Of a DNA stretch of 64,000 nt, positions 1 through 13,059 are shown in pieces. Both the position numbers and the translations under genes were made by a program. Under the pieces are notes generated by a model, which saw nothing but the letters and a program-made list of their open reading frames with translations, was not told the origin of the DNA and made no database searches. The stretch's first letter is position 1, and each line of letters opens with the position of its first letter. The DNA comes from Lama glama. Its lineage: Eukaryota. The DNA is taken from assembly GCA_028534125.1 (NCBI GenBank), contig CM052817.1, forward strand, positions 13,456,001 to 13,520,000, given 5' to 3'.

Positions 1-630
1 GGGTTCAGGTAATGTGGTCCTGCAGCCCTACCTTCACTCCATCCTAAATTGGTTATCTTACCTCGTCCCTCCCCACCCTGCTTATTGGTGTGTTTTAAAT
101 TAGTTTAATTAACCATTTGATATGAACATCTGAATTTGGTCTGTGAGCTTCTTTCTTAGACATCTTGTCTGGAAGTGTATTTGGGACCCCACCATTGCAT
201 CAGGTCAGTTCCCACACAACACACGTCACTACTTAATCCACACGATTTAAAAATTGTGTCTGTTTCCATATGGACCATGTTACATGGGAGAAAAAAAGTG
301 TTACAGGCCAAATATTCTACATCCAAACACGGTTTGGATATATTTTCTTCCTATCTGATTCTGAGTGCTTTATTCCATGTACAGTGTTTGTTAAAATGCT
401 ATTAGGAAATCCGGATGTAATCCTTCCATGTTTTATATTTATTTTGCAGATTAGCCATAAACTATTTCTACCCATTCCAAAATTGTCATCAGACTTTCTC
501 CACCACCACACAAAATATTTTAGACTTCCCCAAAGAGTGATTTTTAAACATAGTTGCAATTGTTTGACACTTTGAAGTTAAAAACTGGGAATGGTCTGGA
601 GGCTAGCTGTGTTGGTGAGGCATTTCTTAC

Positions 631-738
631 TTCTTTAGTGATGTAGCCATCTTTATTTATGTCATACAAATTAAAGGCCCAGTTGAGTTTTTCTTGTACT
701 GTCCCCCGAAGCAAAATAGAAAGACCCTTGATGAAATC
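631..738 (-). CDS. KCNIP4: KCNIP4 internal coding exon, 108 nt, phase 0/0: [36 protein letters not shown] (end of EF2, EF3 loop)
   Basis: Minus strand reads ...tatttctttttag|GATTTCATCAAG...ATCACTAAAGAA|gtaaga. Manual translation matches KChIP4 as I recall it and contains the EF-hand loop [11 protein letters not shown]. Confidence 0.97.
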
Positions 739-844
739 CTAAAAAGAAATAAAAATACAATTTGATATGGCATTTCTAAGAAGAAGTAAAACACACACTC
801 TAATGAAATTCTCTCTCAGATGACGGAAGCAAAGGTTATAACCT

Positions 845-2230
845 TCTGGACACCATAAATTTCCTAGAAGAAAACATAGGCAAGACATTTGCTGACATAA
901 ATCACAGCAATGTTTTCCTAGGGCTGTCTACCAAGGCAATAGAAATAAAAGCAAAAATAAACAAATGGGGACTAATTAAACATACGCTTTTTTGCACAGC
1001 AAAGGAAACTATAAACAAAATGGGAAGACAACCTGTGGACTGGGAGAAAATATTCGCAAACAGTGTGACTGACAAAAGCCTAGTTGCCAGGATATACAAA
1101 CAGCTCACACAACTCAATCACCAAAAAATCCCCGAGCAACTCAGTCAAAAGATGGGCAGAAGACCTAAACAGACAATTCTCCAGTGAAGACATACAAATG
1201 GCCAATAGGCACATGAAAAGATGCTCAATGTTGCTAATTATCAGAAATGCAAATCAAAACTACAACGAAGTATCACCTCACACCAGTCAGAATGTCTATC
1301 AAAAATTCCACAAATGATAAATGCTGGAGAGGGTGCAGAGGAAAGGGAACCCTCCTATGTTGGTGGTGGGAATGTAATTTGGTGCAACTACTATGAAATC
1401 TCCAGTATGGAGATTCCTTAAAAAACTAAAAATAGAGTTACCATATGATCCAACAACCCCACTCCTGGGCATATATCTGGAGGGAACTCTAATTTGAAAA
1501 GATACATGCACCCCATTGTTCATAGCAGCACTAGTTACAATAGCCAAAACATGGAAACAGCATAAATGCCCATCGACAGATAACTGGATAAAGAAGTTGT
1601 GCTATATATACAATGGAATACTACTGAGCCATAAAAAAGGAATAATCCCATTTGCAGCAACATGGATGGACCTAGAGATTATCATACTAAGTGAAGACAA
1701 AGACAAATACAACTTATCGCTTATATGTGGAATATAAAAAAATGACACAAATGAACTTAATTTACAAAACAGAAACAGACTCACAGACATAGAAAACAAA
1801 CTTATGGTTACCAAAGGGGAAAGGGCAGTGGGGAAGGATAAATTAGGAGTTGAGATTAGCAGATACAAACTATTATATGATAGATAAGTAACAAGGTCCT
1901 ACTGTATAGCACAGGAAATTATATTCAATGGTTTTTAATAACATACAGTGAAAAAGAATATAAAAATTATATATAGAGAGAGTTATATATGTAACTCTAA
2001 GACAATGGAAAAGTCAGTTTATGATCCTTCTACACCCACACTGGAATTTATCATTTGTAGACTTTTTAATGATGCTCATTCTGACTGGTGTGAGGTGATG
2101 CCTCATTGTAGCTAAGAAAAAAAATGTATATATATTTGTATATATATATATATAACTGAATCACTATGCTGTACACCAGAAACTAACACAACATTGTAAG
2201 TGAACTATACTTCAATTAAAAAAAAAAAAG
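845..2230 (+). mobile_element. 5'-truncated L1: 3' end of ORF2, 3' UTR and poly(A); frameshifted
   Basis: ORF fragments [25 protein letters not shown] and MFIAALVTIAKTWKQHKCPSTDNWIKK are L1 ORF2 C-terminal motifs. Ends in an A-tract at about 2218-2229. Confidence 0.93.
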
Positions 2231-2505
2231 ATGTAATGACACTCTTTGGAATTGTGCAGTACTAAACTTGCAAACTATATATAAGCTTTGGCTTTTTAGG
2301 AAAGCATGAATAAAATAATCCCTGCAGAACATGGGAAACTAGGCATATCAGAGAAAGACTGATGGGCAATTCTGAAAGGCCAGATGAGGCTGATGGTTAT
2401 TGATATAAACCTGACTTGTTGCTTCAAACCACAAAGTAATAGTTACATGCCCTTAGTTGAAAAGGGGGGCTGGATACAAGATCTTTGAAGACACACTTAG
2501 AACCT

Positions 2506-2680
2506 CGGTTCTCAAAATTTAGCTTGCTGCAGGGTCACCTGGAGGGCTTGCTAAACCAGCTTGCTGGGCACCACCCCCAGCGATTCTGATTCATTAGGTC
2601 TGGGGTGGGGCCCAAGAATTTACAAATTCCAAGGAGATGCTGACACTGCTGGTCCAGTGATCCCACTTTGAGAACCACTG
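2506..2680. mobile_element. MER5A-like hAT-Charlie DNA element
   Basis: Inverted ends GGTTCTCAAA...TTTGAGAACCACTG; internal ttctgattcattaggtctggggtggggcccaagaat. Confidence 0.85.
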
Positions 2681-3760
2681 GCCTGCAAGAATCATCACCG
2701 GCTTTGGCCCCATCACCAAGCAGAACAGACCAGTGCAAGAATGAGACGTTTAAAAGACCACACTTGTAAAGTCACGTGTGGACTTTTGTCGTTTGCCTCC
2801 CTAGTAGGCCCCTAGTTTCCATCGGTGCTTCATCCAGTTCTGTGAAGCCCACTCCATCTGTGCTCCAGTGACAGAGCTGTGACCGGGGCAAAGTCAGGAA
2901 GCACGTTTTTTCCCTTTCTTTGGTCAAGGTGGTTGCATCTGTGGTCGGCCCCTAACTGCACGCAGGCCACCTGAGTGATTTTTCAGGACTTCTGCTAGGA
3001 ACCGTGTGACAGGGATTCTCTTCCTTCCTTGCTGACATGAACGATCAAGCTTGGAACAATCAGGTGCTGGCATCTTGCAACCAGGAGGGAGTGCACCCTT
3101 AGCCACCCTGGCCTGGAGCCAGCCCTATCTCTGGACTTCCTGTTCCTCTGAGCCAATACAGTTATCATATTGTTTTTGTTAGTTAGCATATGATTTTCTA
3201 TTATCTGTGAACAAAAGTACCCTGATTCACAATCATCCGATTCACATCTTCCTCTTAAACACTGTATATCCTGAAACTACATACACTGAAAGATAGCTAT
3301 GAACCTTGAGCACCCCTCTCTTTTAATATACCATCCTGGTATAATAAATAGTTATTCCAAAACAGAAACAATCCCTTATTTGTGTGAAAGGAAAATGAAA
3401 GATTCCAGGTATCTTATTCAAGTTTCTGCTCTACATTTTTCTGAATGGTAATTGTAGTATGTCAAGCAGGAGTTACAAGGCTTAAAATAAAAATAAACAG
3501 CTCTAAAGAATACTTCGCATCATTACCTTACTTTTGTCTATGAAGGGTTACAACTGTTCCCCAATGTACAAAAATGGTAAGTGGGGATCCATACTGAATT
3601 CTGGTTTCTAATGTCTTATGATAAAGGCAGAAGAAGAAAAAAGGCATAGAGATTTGACCTGATAATAACCCAGCCCTGTTCTGTAGTGAGCTTTATTTAT
3701 CTACCAAACCTTTACTTGGTGCCTTAGTGCTGGGTACTGTGCCAGGAACATCCGTTCTCC

Positions 3761-4175
3761 TGCGTGGGAGGCGGTCATCAAGAGGACATGACCGCAGGCA
3801 GGACCCAGGCAATCGGAGGGTCTTACCCCTTCCCCCGACCTTGGATCATCCATCCTACCCACCATTCCCACCCTAGGAGCTGCATCAAGGACCCAGCCTT
3901 GTGAGAGCATGTGTCATCGAGACCATCTGACGGTGTGCATGACTGAACTCAGGTCAGGCCTCTGTGCACACTTCTGAGATTCTGGTGGGCAGGTTATACT
4001 CACCTCGGGGCCGCCCGAGACAAGCCTCCTATGGAAGCTCCCTGGCTTACTAAACCTGCTGCCTACCTATCTGGAGTGACCCACCTTTTTCTCCTGTCTC
4101 TCCTTACCCTCTGGGTATGGGGGCCAGTTCCGAATTTCACCTGGTGAACTCCAGAGGTTGCAAACCCGATCCTAC
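3761..4175 (+). mobile_element. Probable ERV solo LTR interrupting an L2 fragment
   Basis: GC-richer block with LTR-like layout; L2-like sequence on both sides (3700-3760, 4177-4210). No clear TSD. Confidence 0.45.
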
Positions 4176-5064
4176 AGCCCCACCTGCCACTCAAAGAGCT
4201 GCATGGCTTAAAATTATGTGTTTGGGGGTATTCGCAATAAACAGTCCTGTTTATAGATTAAGTGACTCCCTAAATCTTAAAAAAAAAAGGTTAACTAGAT
4301 ATCTAGATAAACAGTGATAGACGCAGTATAGAAAATCATACATGTGTTTAGTGTCTTTCTTGTTTTATGCTTGCTTTCATATTTTCAAGAAATTTTTTTC
4401 AGGTTTATTTCCTCTGGTATGACCTCCCTTGATTGGGGTTAAATTCATATAGTGGTTGAACTATTATTTAGAGTATTTGAAAGATTCAATTTCAGGTACT
4501 ACCTAAAGCTTACATTTGTTTGGAACTAAGAAGAGATATATCAACATGTCTGAAAAAGGACAAGGAGTATATTTCCCAAGATTTGTAGCCTGATTTTATT
4601 ACCTGGTTTTATCAGGTGAAAGAGATAATATACTTATCTTGATTGATACACAATTCTATTTAGGTAATTTAGTGCCTTGAAAGGTGATTAAGTTAAATTA
4701 ATTAGTTAAATTTAGCTAATTTTAACATATTAAATAAAGTTAAATGGTTTGATCTCACTGAAGGCCATTAAAAATTAACAAATTTTAAAATAAAACTTAC
4801 AAATATAAATATATAATAAATGTGTGCATAAATATAACTGTTGCTTTATGTAATAAATACAGAAAACTGTAGAAGAAAATTGCAGTCACACATGATCTTA
4901 TCACCCTTTCTCGTTGAACACTCCCTTTCTATTTTTATGTGTACTTTGGCATGTAGTTACGGTACAAGTCATGTGTACACATAATTCTGTATAGTTTACT
5001 TAAATTACAAGAACTTTCCAACATCACTGGCAACTCATTGTGACATCACTTAAATAACAGTATC

Positions 5065-5151
5065 TTAGGTTTAACCATATGAAATTGCTCCTATTTTGCA
5101 TCATATTTGCCAAGAATTTCATATGATAATTTCACATGGTCTAATCTAATA
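5065..5151. mobile_element. MADE2-like mariner-derived MITE
   Basis: Terminal inverted repeats TTAGGTTTAACCATATGAAATT...AATTTCACATGGTCTAATCTAA, about 85 bp. Confidence 0.75.
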
Positions 5152-5589
5152 ATATCACAAAGGCTTTTGAACATTTTGGACCCAAAACCACAATAAGAAG
5201 TACATTGTAAATAGCAGCTTAATACATAAGAGCAAACACACACACACACAGAGTATACACCAGAAACTAAAGTTATTACTCTTATTTCATTTCTCTATTA
5301 ACTTTTTAATATTCTTGTCAATTAATCTCTAAATTGATTTTACCACCTGCTAATCGTTGCAATCTGGAGTTTGAAGCCCTGCTCTGTCTTATGCATATGT
5401 TGTGATTGATTTAGCCATTCTTTTCTACTGTTGGATATTAATTTAAATTTCTTTTTTATAAGTGATGCTATGGGAAACATTTTTCTCCAGCTATTTCCCA
5501 TCATTTTGACTTATTTCCCAAGGAAAGATGTGGAATTTCTGGGCTAAAGGGCCCTGGGAACATTGAAATTTAATAGTAGTCATGATGAC

Positions 5590-5800
5590 AGTTTATTGAG
5601 AAGTGTATAGGGCCCAGTATTAGGCAATTTCTAGGCATTATTTTATGTCAGTCTCACACAACCATAGGGAACAGGTATTGTCATCTTTATATTAAAGATG
5701 GAGGCTCAGAGAAAATATTGGATTGACCCAAGGGATACAGCCAGTAAGCATCAGAGCTGGAAACTGAGCTCAGATCTCTGGCTCAAAGCCTGGGCTCTCA
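5590..5800 (-). mobile_element. MIR SINE
   Basis: Reverse MIR core gatggaggctcagagaaa...tgacccaagggatacagccagtaag. Confidence 0.75.
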
Positions 5801-6224
5801 TTTCACCTAGAACTGAAGCACTGGGCTGTGGTTACACAGAACAGCCTGATACAAGCATACGCTACGCCTCTTTTCTGATCCCACAGGACATAAGTCTAAG
5901 GTGAAATGAAACAGTGACTCACAGTGATTGCGATTCAATTACTTACTAATAACATTTGTAGAACATTTGGAGGTGCCAGGAATTCAAAATTCTTGCCGTG
6001 AAATGACTGCATAAATGAACTAGAAAGTAGCCTCAGTTTTTAAGAAGAGAAAGTGAGTCTGTATGTGAATATATGTGCGACTATAAACATGATAATGAAA
6101 GATCAGCTGAAGGAGAACCCCAACAGTTAGCTAACCAGGAACACGGAAGCAGAGAGAAAGGAGCGAGAGACAGAGAGAGATACTGGTGTCAGTTCTCTGA
6201 GACTGACCAGATGCGAACCAGGAT

Positions 6225-6430
6225 CACTAAAATTATCGAGCATGTTAAATGTGCCAGATAATTTTCTGAACTCTTTAGATCCATCATTTAATCTTATAGC
6301 AGGCTTGCGAGGTATCTTATCATTATTATTTCCATTTTACGCTGAGGAAACTCAAGCGCAGAGCGATTGGGAACTTGCCCCGGCTGTCCCAGCGAGGAGC
6401 GGCAGAGTCTGGACTGAAAAGTCTGGCTCA
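6225..6430 (-). mobile_element. MIR SINE
   Basis: ccattttacgctgaggaaactcaagcgcagag...aacttgccc. Confidence 0.75.
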
Positions 6431-6639
6431 CATGCGTTCTTTCAGATGAGGAGAGATTGCCGGCGCTCCTGCGGAGGCTGCAGTGCTACAAGAGGAGACT
6501 GACTAGTTCTAGGCCCAGGGGCAAGAAGGGAATAAGACAAGACTGGAACGTCTTGTAGTGCCCAAAAGTAAGCAAGTGATCAAAGAAAGAAAGAAACAAA
6601 GAAACCAACCAACCAACAAACAAAAAACAACCCCAACGA

Positions 6640-7500
6640 TGGAGTCGTGTTGATGCCAACTGAAAGATCTTCCAATGGCCAAGCTGGAACAATTTGAGCA
6701 ACAAGATAAGATGTTGAACTGTAACTCAAAATATAAAATAGATGTCAGTTAGTCCACACTGATGTAAATAACTGATGGAATACGTCCATAAATGGAGAAG
6801 AGACAAATCTCCCATGCAGACTTCCAGATAAACTATGAGGATCCTCCACCCTCAAGCAGGTAGAGATTAACTCCCAATCTGTACACGTGGTCTGTGCATA
6901 ACTTCCTTCCAAAGAGTATGGTTTGGAAAGAAGGAAAAGAAAGAGAAACTTGACAGTAAAGAAATGCCCAGGACTACTTCAGCCAGGTAATCAAGGTCTA
7001 CGTCAGCCATCATAAATCATCTTGGTATGTGATAAACTCTGATACCTTACCGCGGTGGTCTTCCTCCTCAAAACACATATCCCCAGTCTAATCATGAGAA
7101 AAAAACATCAGACAATTCCCAACTGCGTGACTTTCTACAAAACACCTGACCAAAACTCCTTAAAACTGCAAAGGTCATCAAACACAAGGACAATTTGAGA
7201 AGCTGTCATAGCCAAGAGGAGCCTAAGGAGATATGAATAAATGTAATGTAGTGTCCTACACAGAGTCCTAGGACAGAGAAAAGGAATCAGGTAAAAGCTA
7301 AGAAAATCTGAATAAAGCATGGGCTTCAGTTAATCACAGTGTATCAACATTAGTTCGTTAATTGTAACGCATTTACCATGTGAATGCATGGTGCATAGTA
7401 GAAACTGGGTGTGACGTATGTGGGAACTTTCAGTAGTCTCTCTGCAATTTTTCTGTAAATGTAACACTGGTCTAAAATAAAAGGTTTGTTTAAAAAAAAA
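6640..7500 (+). mobile_element. Old L1 (L1MC/MD-like) 3' UTR with A tail
   Basis: Terminus tgggaactttcagtagtctctctgcaatttttctgtaaat...aataaaaggtttgtttaaaaaaaaa is typical of L1M 3' ends. Confidence 0.75.
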
Positions 7501-7879
7501 GAGGGACCTGACCTTTAGACTGTTGGAGCAGTTGATTTATTGGATGCTTTTTCTCTTGTCTCTTGTAATAATCTTTTGCTACCCCAACTTTCATTAAACA
7601 TTTCAGTGTATGCTATGGAAGACTGAAAGTCTGTTCCCCTGGGGCCACAGGACTGTAGGCAGGGGCATCTGTGGCTGGAGGAGCTGGATACCCAATAGCA
7701 AGACTACAGGGAGGGAGCAGGCCAGAATGACAGGGTGCCAAGCAAAAACCGGGACACCACGCATCATGGCCCTGTACCTTGGGAATCAACAGAAATGCAT
7801 GGGTGGGGCACAGGTTCAAGAACCTTTATGGGGAGAATTGTTGGATTCTAAAAAATTAGTCATGAAAATGGGAGAATGA

Positions 7880-8008
7880 ATGTCAGCTCCACGAAGACCA
7901 AAATGTGTGTCTTTTGTTCACTGTTGTACCCCCCCTCCACCTTGCACCTTGAAGAGTGTTTGGCAGGGAGTAGTGCTCAAAAATATTTGTTCAATGAATG
8001 AATGAAAT
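7880..8008 (+). mobile_element. L2 3' end
   Basis: gtgctcaaaaatatttgttcaatgaatgaatgaa terminus. Confidence 0.75.
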
Positions 8009-8104
8009 GAAAAGACATCTAAGCTACTTTCCTCTTTATTTCCAAAAAGAGAAAAGGTCCCTAGAATGGGCACTAGACAAGAAGAACAGAATTACGTGTA
8101 CTGG

Positions 8105-8105
<1 letters not shown>

Positions 8106-8144
<39 letters not shown>
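8106..8144. repeat. (TG)n microsatellite
   Basis: Directly visible uninterrupted TG run. Confidence 0.97.
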
Positions 8145-8145
<1 letters not shown>

Positions 8146-8869
8146 GAGGGATATAAAAATAAAACTTAATGATTTAATAAATCTGACAAGATGGGAATTC
8201 TATACTATTGATGACACTGCCTAAACAGCTCCCTTGCTGTCTAACAGCTCAAAAGAAAATCTCTCTCTAATGTGCTAAAATGACAGCCTAGAAAGAAAGT
8301 TTTCCCATAACCATAACTGATATTTGGGGAGAAAAAACATTTTTTTTCTCATTACTGTGAATGACAAAGAGATTATTTGGGGGTTTCATAATGCCTCCAG
8401 GGGATGCCACTCATATTTCATTCTGTAACGACTGAATTGTCAGGGAATGGAGTTTTCTTGAAACTCTGGACTGCGGTAGCCCGGGTGTCAAGTCATCAGT
8501 TAGTTGTAGTAAGCAGGGACAGCTATTCCAGAGTTGTTCCCAAGGAAAAACACATTCTAACTCAGCCTCAGTAATTCAAACTAACTTGCCACTTGGGATA
8601 TGCTCAGAGATGTGTGTTGCCCTGATGGTGGTAATATTCTAGAAAAGGTAACCGTTGGAATGGTGGTAAAGGCTCAGGGTTGCTCTTGCTGCCAACAGCT
8701 GTGTGTTTAATCAGTGGGTGAGATGAATTACTGAGTGGTAATTGTAACCATTGGTGATAATACTCAGTCATCAAATCATAGAAGGCCATCTTAGACACCT
8801 TCCACCAGACACTATGCCTCAGTGTCTCCCTCTGCAGGAGGTAGTCTGCTGTGAGGCTTAAGAATAGGA

Positions 8870-9085
8870 GCTGGAAAACTACGGTCCGGGGTGAAATGTG
8901 ACCCACCGCCTGCTTTTGTTAATAAAGATGCATTGGAACACAGCCATGCTCATTTACTTAGGATCTGTCTGTGGTAGCTTCTGTCTACAACGGCAGAACT
9001 GAGTTGGTAGAACAAAGACTGTACGGCATGCAAAGCCAAAAATATTTATGGTTTGGTTCTTTACAGAAAAGTCTGATGCCCTTTG
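8870..9085. mobile_element. MER58A-like hAT-Charlie element
   Basis: aataaagatgcattggaacacagccatgctcatt...gcaaagccaaaaatatttatggtttggttctttacagaaaa. Confidence 0.8.
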
Positions 9086-9100
9086 GTTAAAACTGTAAGT

Positions 9101-9782
9101 TTTAAGTTTCTTCCATGTCTTTCATGGCTTGATAGTTCATTTTTTTTTACTGCACATATATTTTTAAATTTACATATATGTACTGTTCATTGTTTCTAAG
9201 AACATTTTGAGCTTTAGCTTTTTAAATTTTCACAATGATCGAAAGAATAAAGCCAACCACAAAATAAAAATTAATTCAAAGATACATACACCTTGCTATT
9301 AACGGCACCATTATTTATAATTGTGAAAAAAGACATTACTAAATGAAAGAAGCCAGTTTGAAAAGGCTACAAACCGTATGATTCCAACCAAATGACATTC
9401 TGGAAAAGGCACAGCTACAGAAACAATAAAAAAGATTGTGGTTTCCAGGGGTTTGAGGAAGGGGAGAGAGGGAGGGATGAACAGATGGAGCACAAGGGAT
9501 GTTTAGGGCAATGAAATTATTCTGTATGATACGATAGTGGTGGCTACGTGTCATTATGCATTTGTCAAAACCCATAGAATGTACAACATCAAGAGTGAAC
9601 TCTAGCATAATGTGTCCATGCTGGTTCACCAATTGTACCAAATATGCCACACTGATGAGGGATGTTGAGGGTAGGGGAGTATATATGTGTGGGTGGGGAG
9701 GGCTATGTGTGAACTGTATTTTCTGCTTAATTCTGCTGTAAACCTGAAAGTGCTGTAAAAAAATTAAGTCTATTAAAAAAAA
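9101..9782 (+). mobile_element. L1MC-like 3' end with an inverted 5' segment (9101-9153) and filler sequence
   Basis: 9334-9782 parallels the L1 at 45150-45610. 9101-9153 is the reverse complement of the sequence immediately upstream in that element. Confidence 0.8.
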
Positions 9783-10199
9783 CCAAACATAGGTTTAGAG
9801 ACTTAGGTGGAGCTGGGTCTGCCATGTACTAACTGGATGACTAGCCAAGTCACGTAGACACTCTAGGTTTGGGATTCCTCATCTCTGACACGTGGCAAGT
9901 GATACAGGTCCTTTATTTCTTATCTGCAACGCACCACCCCGATCCAGAAACACTTTCGTAAACTGAAGGAGAAAACCCTTTACTGGAAAGCCAGGGGAGG
10001 TGGCGAATTGTGGAGCCAAAACTCACTAGATGCCAAAACCTGAACTGAACTGGCATGAAACTGTTGGAATCTCTATCACCTCTGTGATAGATAATCCTAT
10101 CTATAGAGTAAGATAGCTGGAGCCTGCCATCACTATCATTGATCACCTATTATACGCTATCTATCATATTAATCAGAAGACATTAAAAGCTATACTTTC

Positions 10200-10520
10200 A
10201 AATCATAGTAGCTTGACATAGTGTCAGTGCATTTATCACTCACACGTGGTGAAATACGAGTAGGGGTGGGGCCCTGTTCCATGCAGTCGTTCAGAGACCC
10301 GGCTCCTCCCACTACGCTACGAGGCAGACTGAAATATGTAACTCACAGCCTCTAGTGGCGGGAAGAAAGTGGAAGGAGATATGGTCACTTCTGTTCATCG
10401 CCCTTGGTAAAAACTCAGTCCTGGCCCCGCTGAGCTGCCGGAGAGGCTGGGAACATGACCTCGTCACGTGATCACAAAGCAGAGTGCAGGGACACAGGTC
10501 AGCAACTCTCTCTGCCACGT
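10200..10520 (-). mobile_element. Degenerate old MaLR LTR (MLT1J/K/L-like)
   Basis: gtcacttctgttcatcgcccttgg...gagaggctgggaacatg...ctctgccac. Confidence 0.5.
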
Positions 10521-10719
10521 TCACTGTTTATCATGGCTTTGCTGCACACGTTACACACTTGATGACAGCGTACTGCAGACGCGGCTGGAGACATTAAGTA
10601 TGCACAGCCTATGCACAGCACTGCGTTTCTAAAATCTGCAAGAATCTCAATGACAAACTCTGTTTGCTCAGAGGATTTCAAATGAAGGACTCGGGACTTA
10701 CATGTGCCTTACAGGCAGA

Positions 10720-10960
10720 ATGACACTGTTGCTAAGAGATGAATCCCGCACCGGGCTGCATGGGGTTTGAAGCCTGGATCTCCTACTTTCTAGCTGTGTG
10801 ACTTTTGGTAGGTTGCTTAACTTCTCTGTGAATCTCTTTCCTCATCTGCTAAAAAGATGACAATCATACTTGTGGAAATTTAAATAAGTTACTATCTGTA
10901 ATTCACTCAGCACGATGTCAGATTCATAATGAGTGCCGAACAAGGGTCAGCTGGTATTAG
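10720..10960 (+). mobile_element. MIR SINE
   Basis: tagctgtgtgacttttggtaggttgcttaacttctctgtg...tttcctcatctg. Confidence 0.8.
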
Positions 10961-12479
10961 TGTGCACAATTATTACAATTGTCAATGTTATTTTCACACC
11001 CTGAGTACAGTGACTTATTGTGTAACTACACAATAAGCGCTTGTTTAATAATCATATGCAGAACTATCTTTCACAGCCTTGCAGACAGAGCAAACATCTG
11101 GCCTGTGCTTGAATGTGTTCAATGTTATGAGATCACTGTGTAATAAGACGATCATGTCATTATTAATTGGCCTCATTAGAAAAATCTCCCTTGCAGTAAC
11201 TGCTGTGGTTAACATCGAACAAGTATTAAGCACACATTTGGTGCCAGGTGCTCAGCCAAGCCCTTAACTGACACGTTTTTTCATCCTTCCGTTACCCTGG
11301 GAAGGAGCTTTGCAGGCTGATGTTTTACAGAGACAAACACCAAGCCCAGAGGGTTGAAACGCTCAGCCCAGGTTCTCACAGCCACTTGGTGGCAAAGAGG
11401 ATTCAGATCCAGACACGTCTGTGTCCAGGGCCCCTCCTGTCTTATCCACTCGACCCTTTGGGCTTCAGCAAATTAAGTGGGAAACTTCTATTTCCCTTTG
11501 TCTTAGAATCAGGAGGGTCTCTCCCAGGGTGCTATCACCACTCAAAATACGTTCGTTATCCAATTTCTATTTTCTAGAGACTTTTCAGGTAGCTAATCAA
11601 TTTACAACAATAACTACGACAGCCTAGTTTTAAATTTTGATTTAACATTTATTAACTTAGCCATTAGTTTGTCTTTTAAAGAAAAAGACATGTTACTAAC
11701 ATGCTTATAGTACGTAGCCATTACAATTCATTTCCCAAATTATAATCAGCATTCATCACAATTACTGGAATTTAACATAAATATTATAATAGCAACATTA
11801 TGCACGGCCCCATATCATTGACATCAAACTAAATTTACATGTGAAATTGAATACAATGTGCTATAGGTAACTGATGGTACATTTCTGATACGTGAGTAAT
11901 TTCAAGTAATGAAATCACTAGTAAATCCTTGCCTTACTCGTTCTTGGCAAACTAGCTGTGAAAGATTTCATCAGATGAACTGGAACTTCTGACTTCTATG
12001 TTACAGCTAAACTAAGGCTGTGCTGGAATTAGTCTTGCTGGTAAAGTGCGGCAAACGCTAACACGATGCTGCCTGGGGGTGATCGTTGGCCCCCAAAGCG
12101 GAAGAAACGCTACAGGAGGCTGGTACCCCTGACAACCTCACGTCTTCACCCCACTCACTGCTGCTCCCACATCGGGGAAAACCCAGCGGCCCTCGCCTTG
12201 ACCACCGCCAGCATCTTGGTCCACACCTTCTGCTCAGCCCCTGCCAGCTGCTACTCTTCTCAGTGGTATTTCTTGGTTAAGTTATGAGATGACACGTTGA
12301 GTTTGCTGGCCCAGAATCTGCATTTTTGGTAGCCTTCATTTTAGTGAGCACCTAGTACGTGTGAGGAGGCACTTCGCTGCCCTGGGCACTCTCCCCCAGG
12401 GACACTGACTGAGTGACCTCTCAGAAGGCTGCAGGTCCCTTTTGTCATCCTGACTCGGGGAAGCATTGAAATGTAAATC

Positions 12480-13020
12480 AACCAATTTAATTTTAATATC
12501 CCTTGAACTTGCCTCCTCCATCTCCCCTCCAGTGCCTTACCTGTGGCTCAGGCCGACATCGGCTCCTGTCTGGGCTCTTGCAACAAAGAGCTGCCTGTCG
12601 GACTTCTTGTTCTAAGAACATAGCCCTGACACCTTACCTTCCTGCTGAAAATTCAAGCACTCCTCACCTCCTGCAAAATAACCCAGCCTCCTCAGCCTCC
12701 TGCCCCAGGTGTGTCAGGATCTGCCCTTGGCCTCCTGACCCAGCCTGCCTGCCACCCTCTCCTGCTGTGTTTCATCTTCTACGTGATTTACAAATGCTTT
12801 CTCTTCATTCCCAGGTCCCTGCCTCACTCCCCACTGCTTCGCACCCTGAGCCATATTCTCTTGACCAGCTCTTGCTTGTCCTTCAGACCTAGTTCATCAA
12901 GACCACGGGCAGGCGGCCAGCCCCACCAGTACCTTCCTTGTTGATCCCATTCCATCATCTGCTTCCCTTTATCATGGCCCTCACTGAAATTCCTGCTCCT
13001 ATGTAAGCCGCACCCTCTCC
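12480..13020 (+). mobile_element. Degenerate L2 fragment
   Basis: C/T-rich sequence with L2-like phrases such as ccttacctttcctgctgaaaattc and ggtgtgtcaggatctgccc. Confidence 0.5.
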
Positions 13021-13059
13021 TAATCCCCAAACGCATTTCCCCTAAATTACTTGGTTTCT

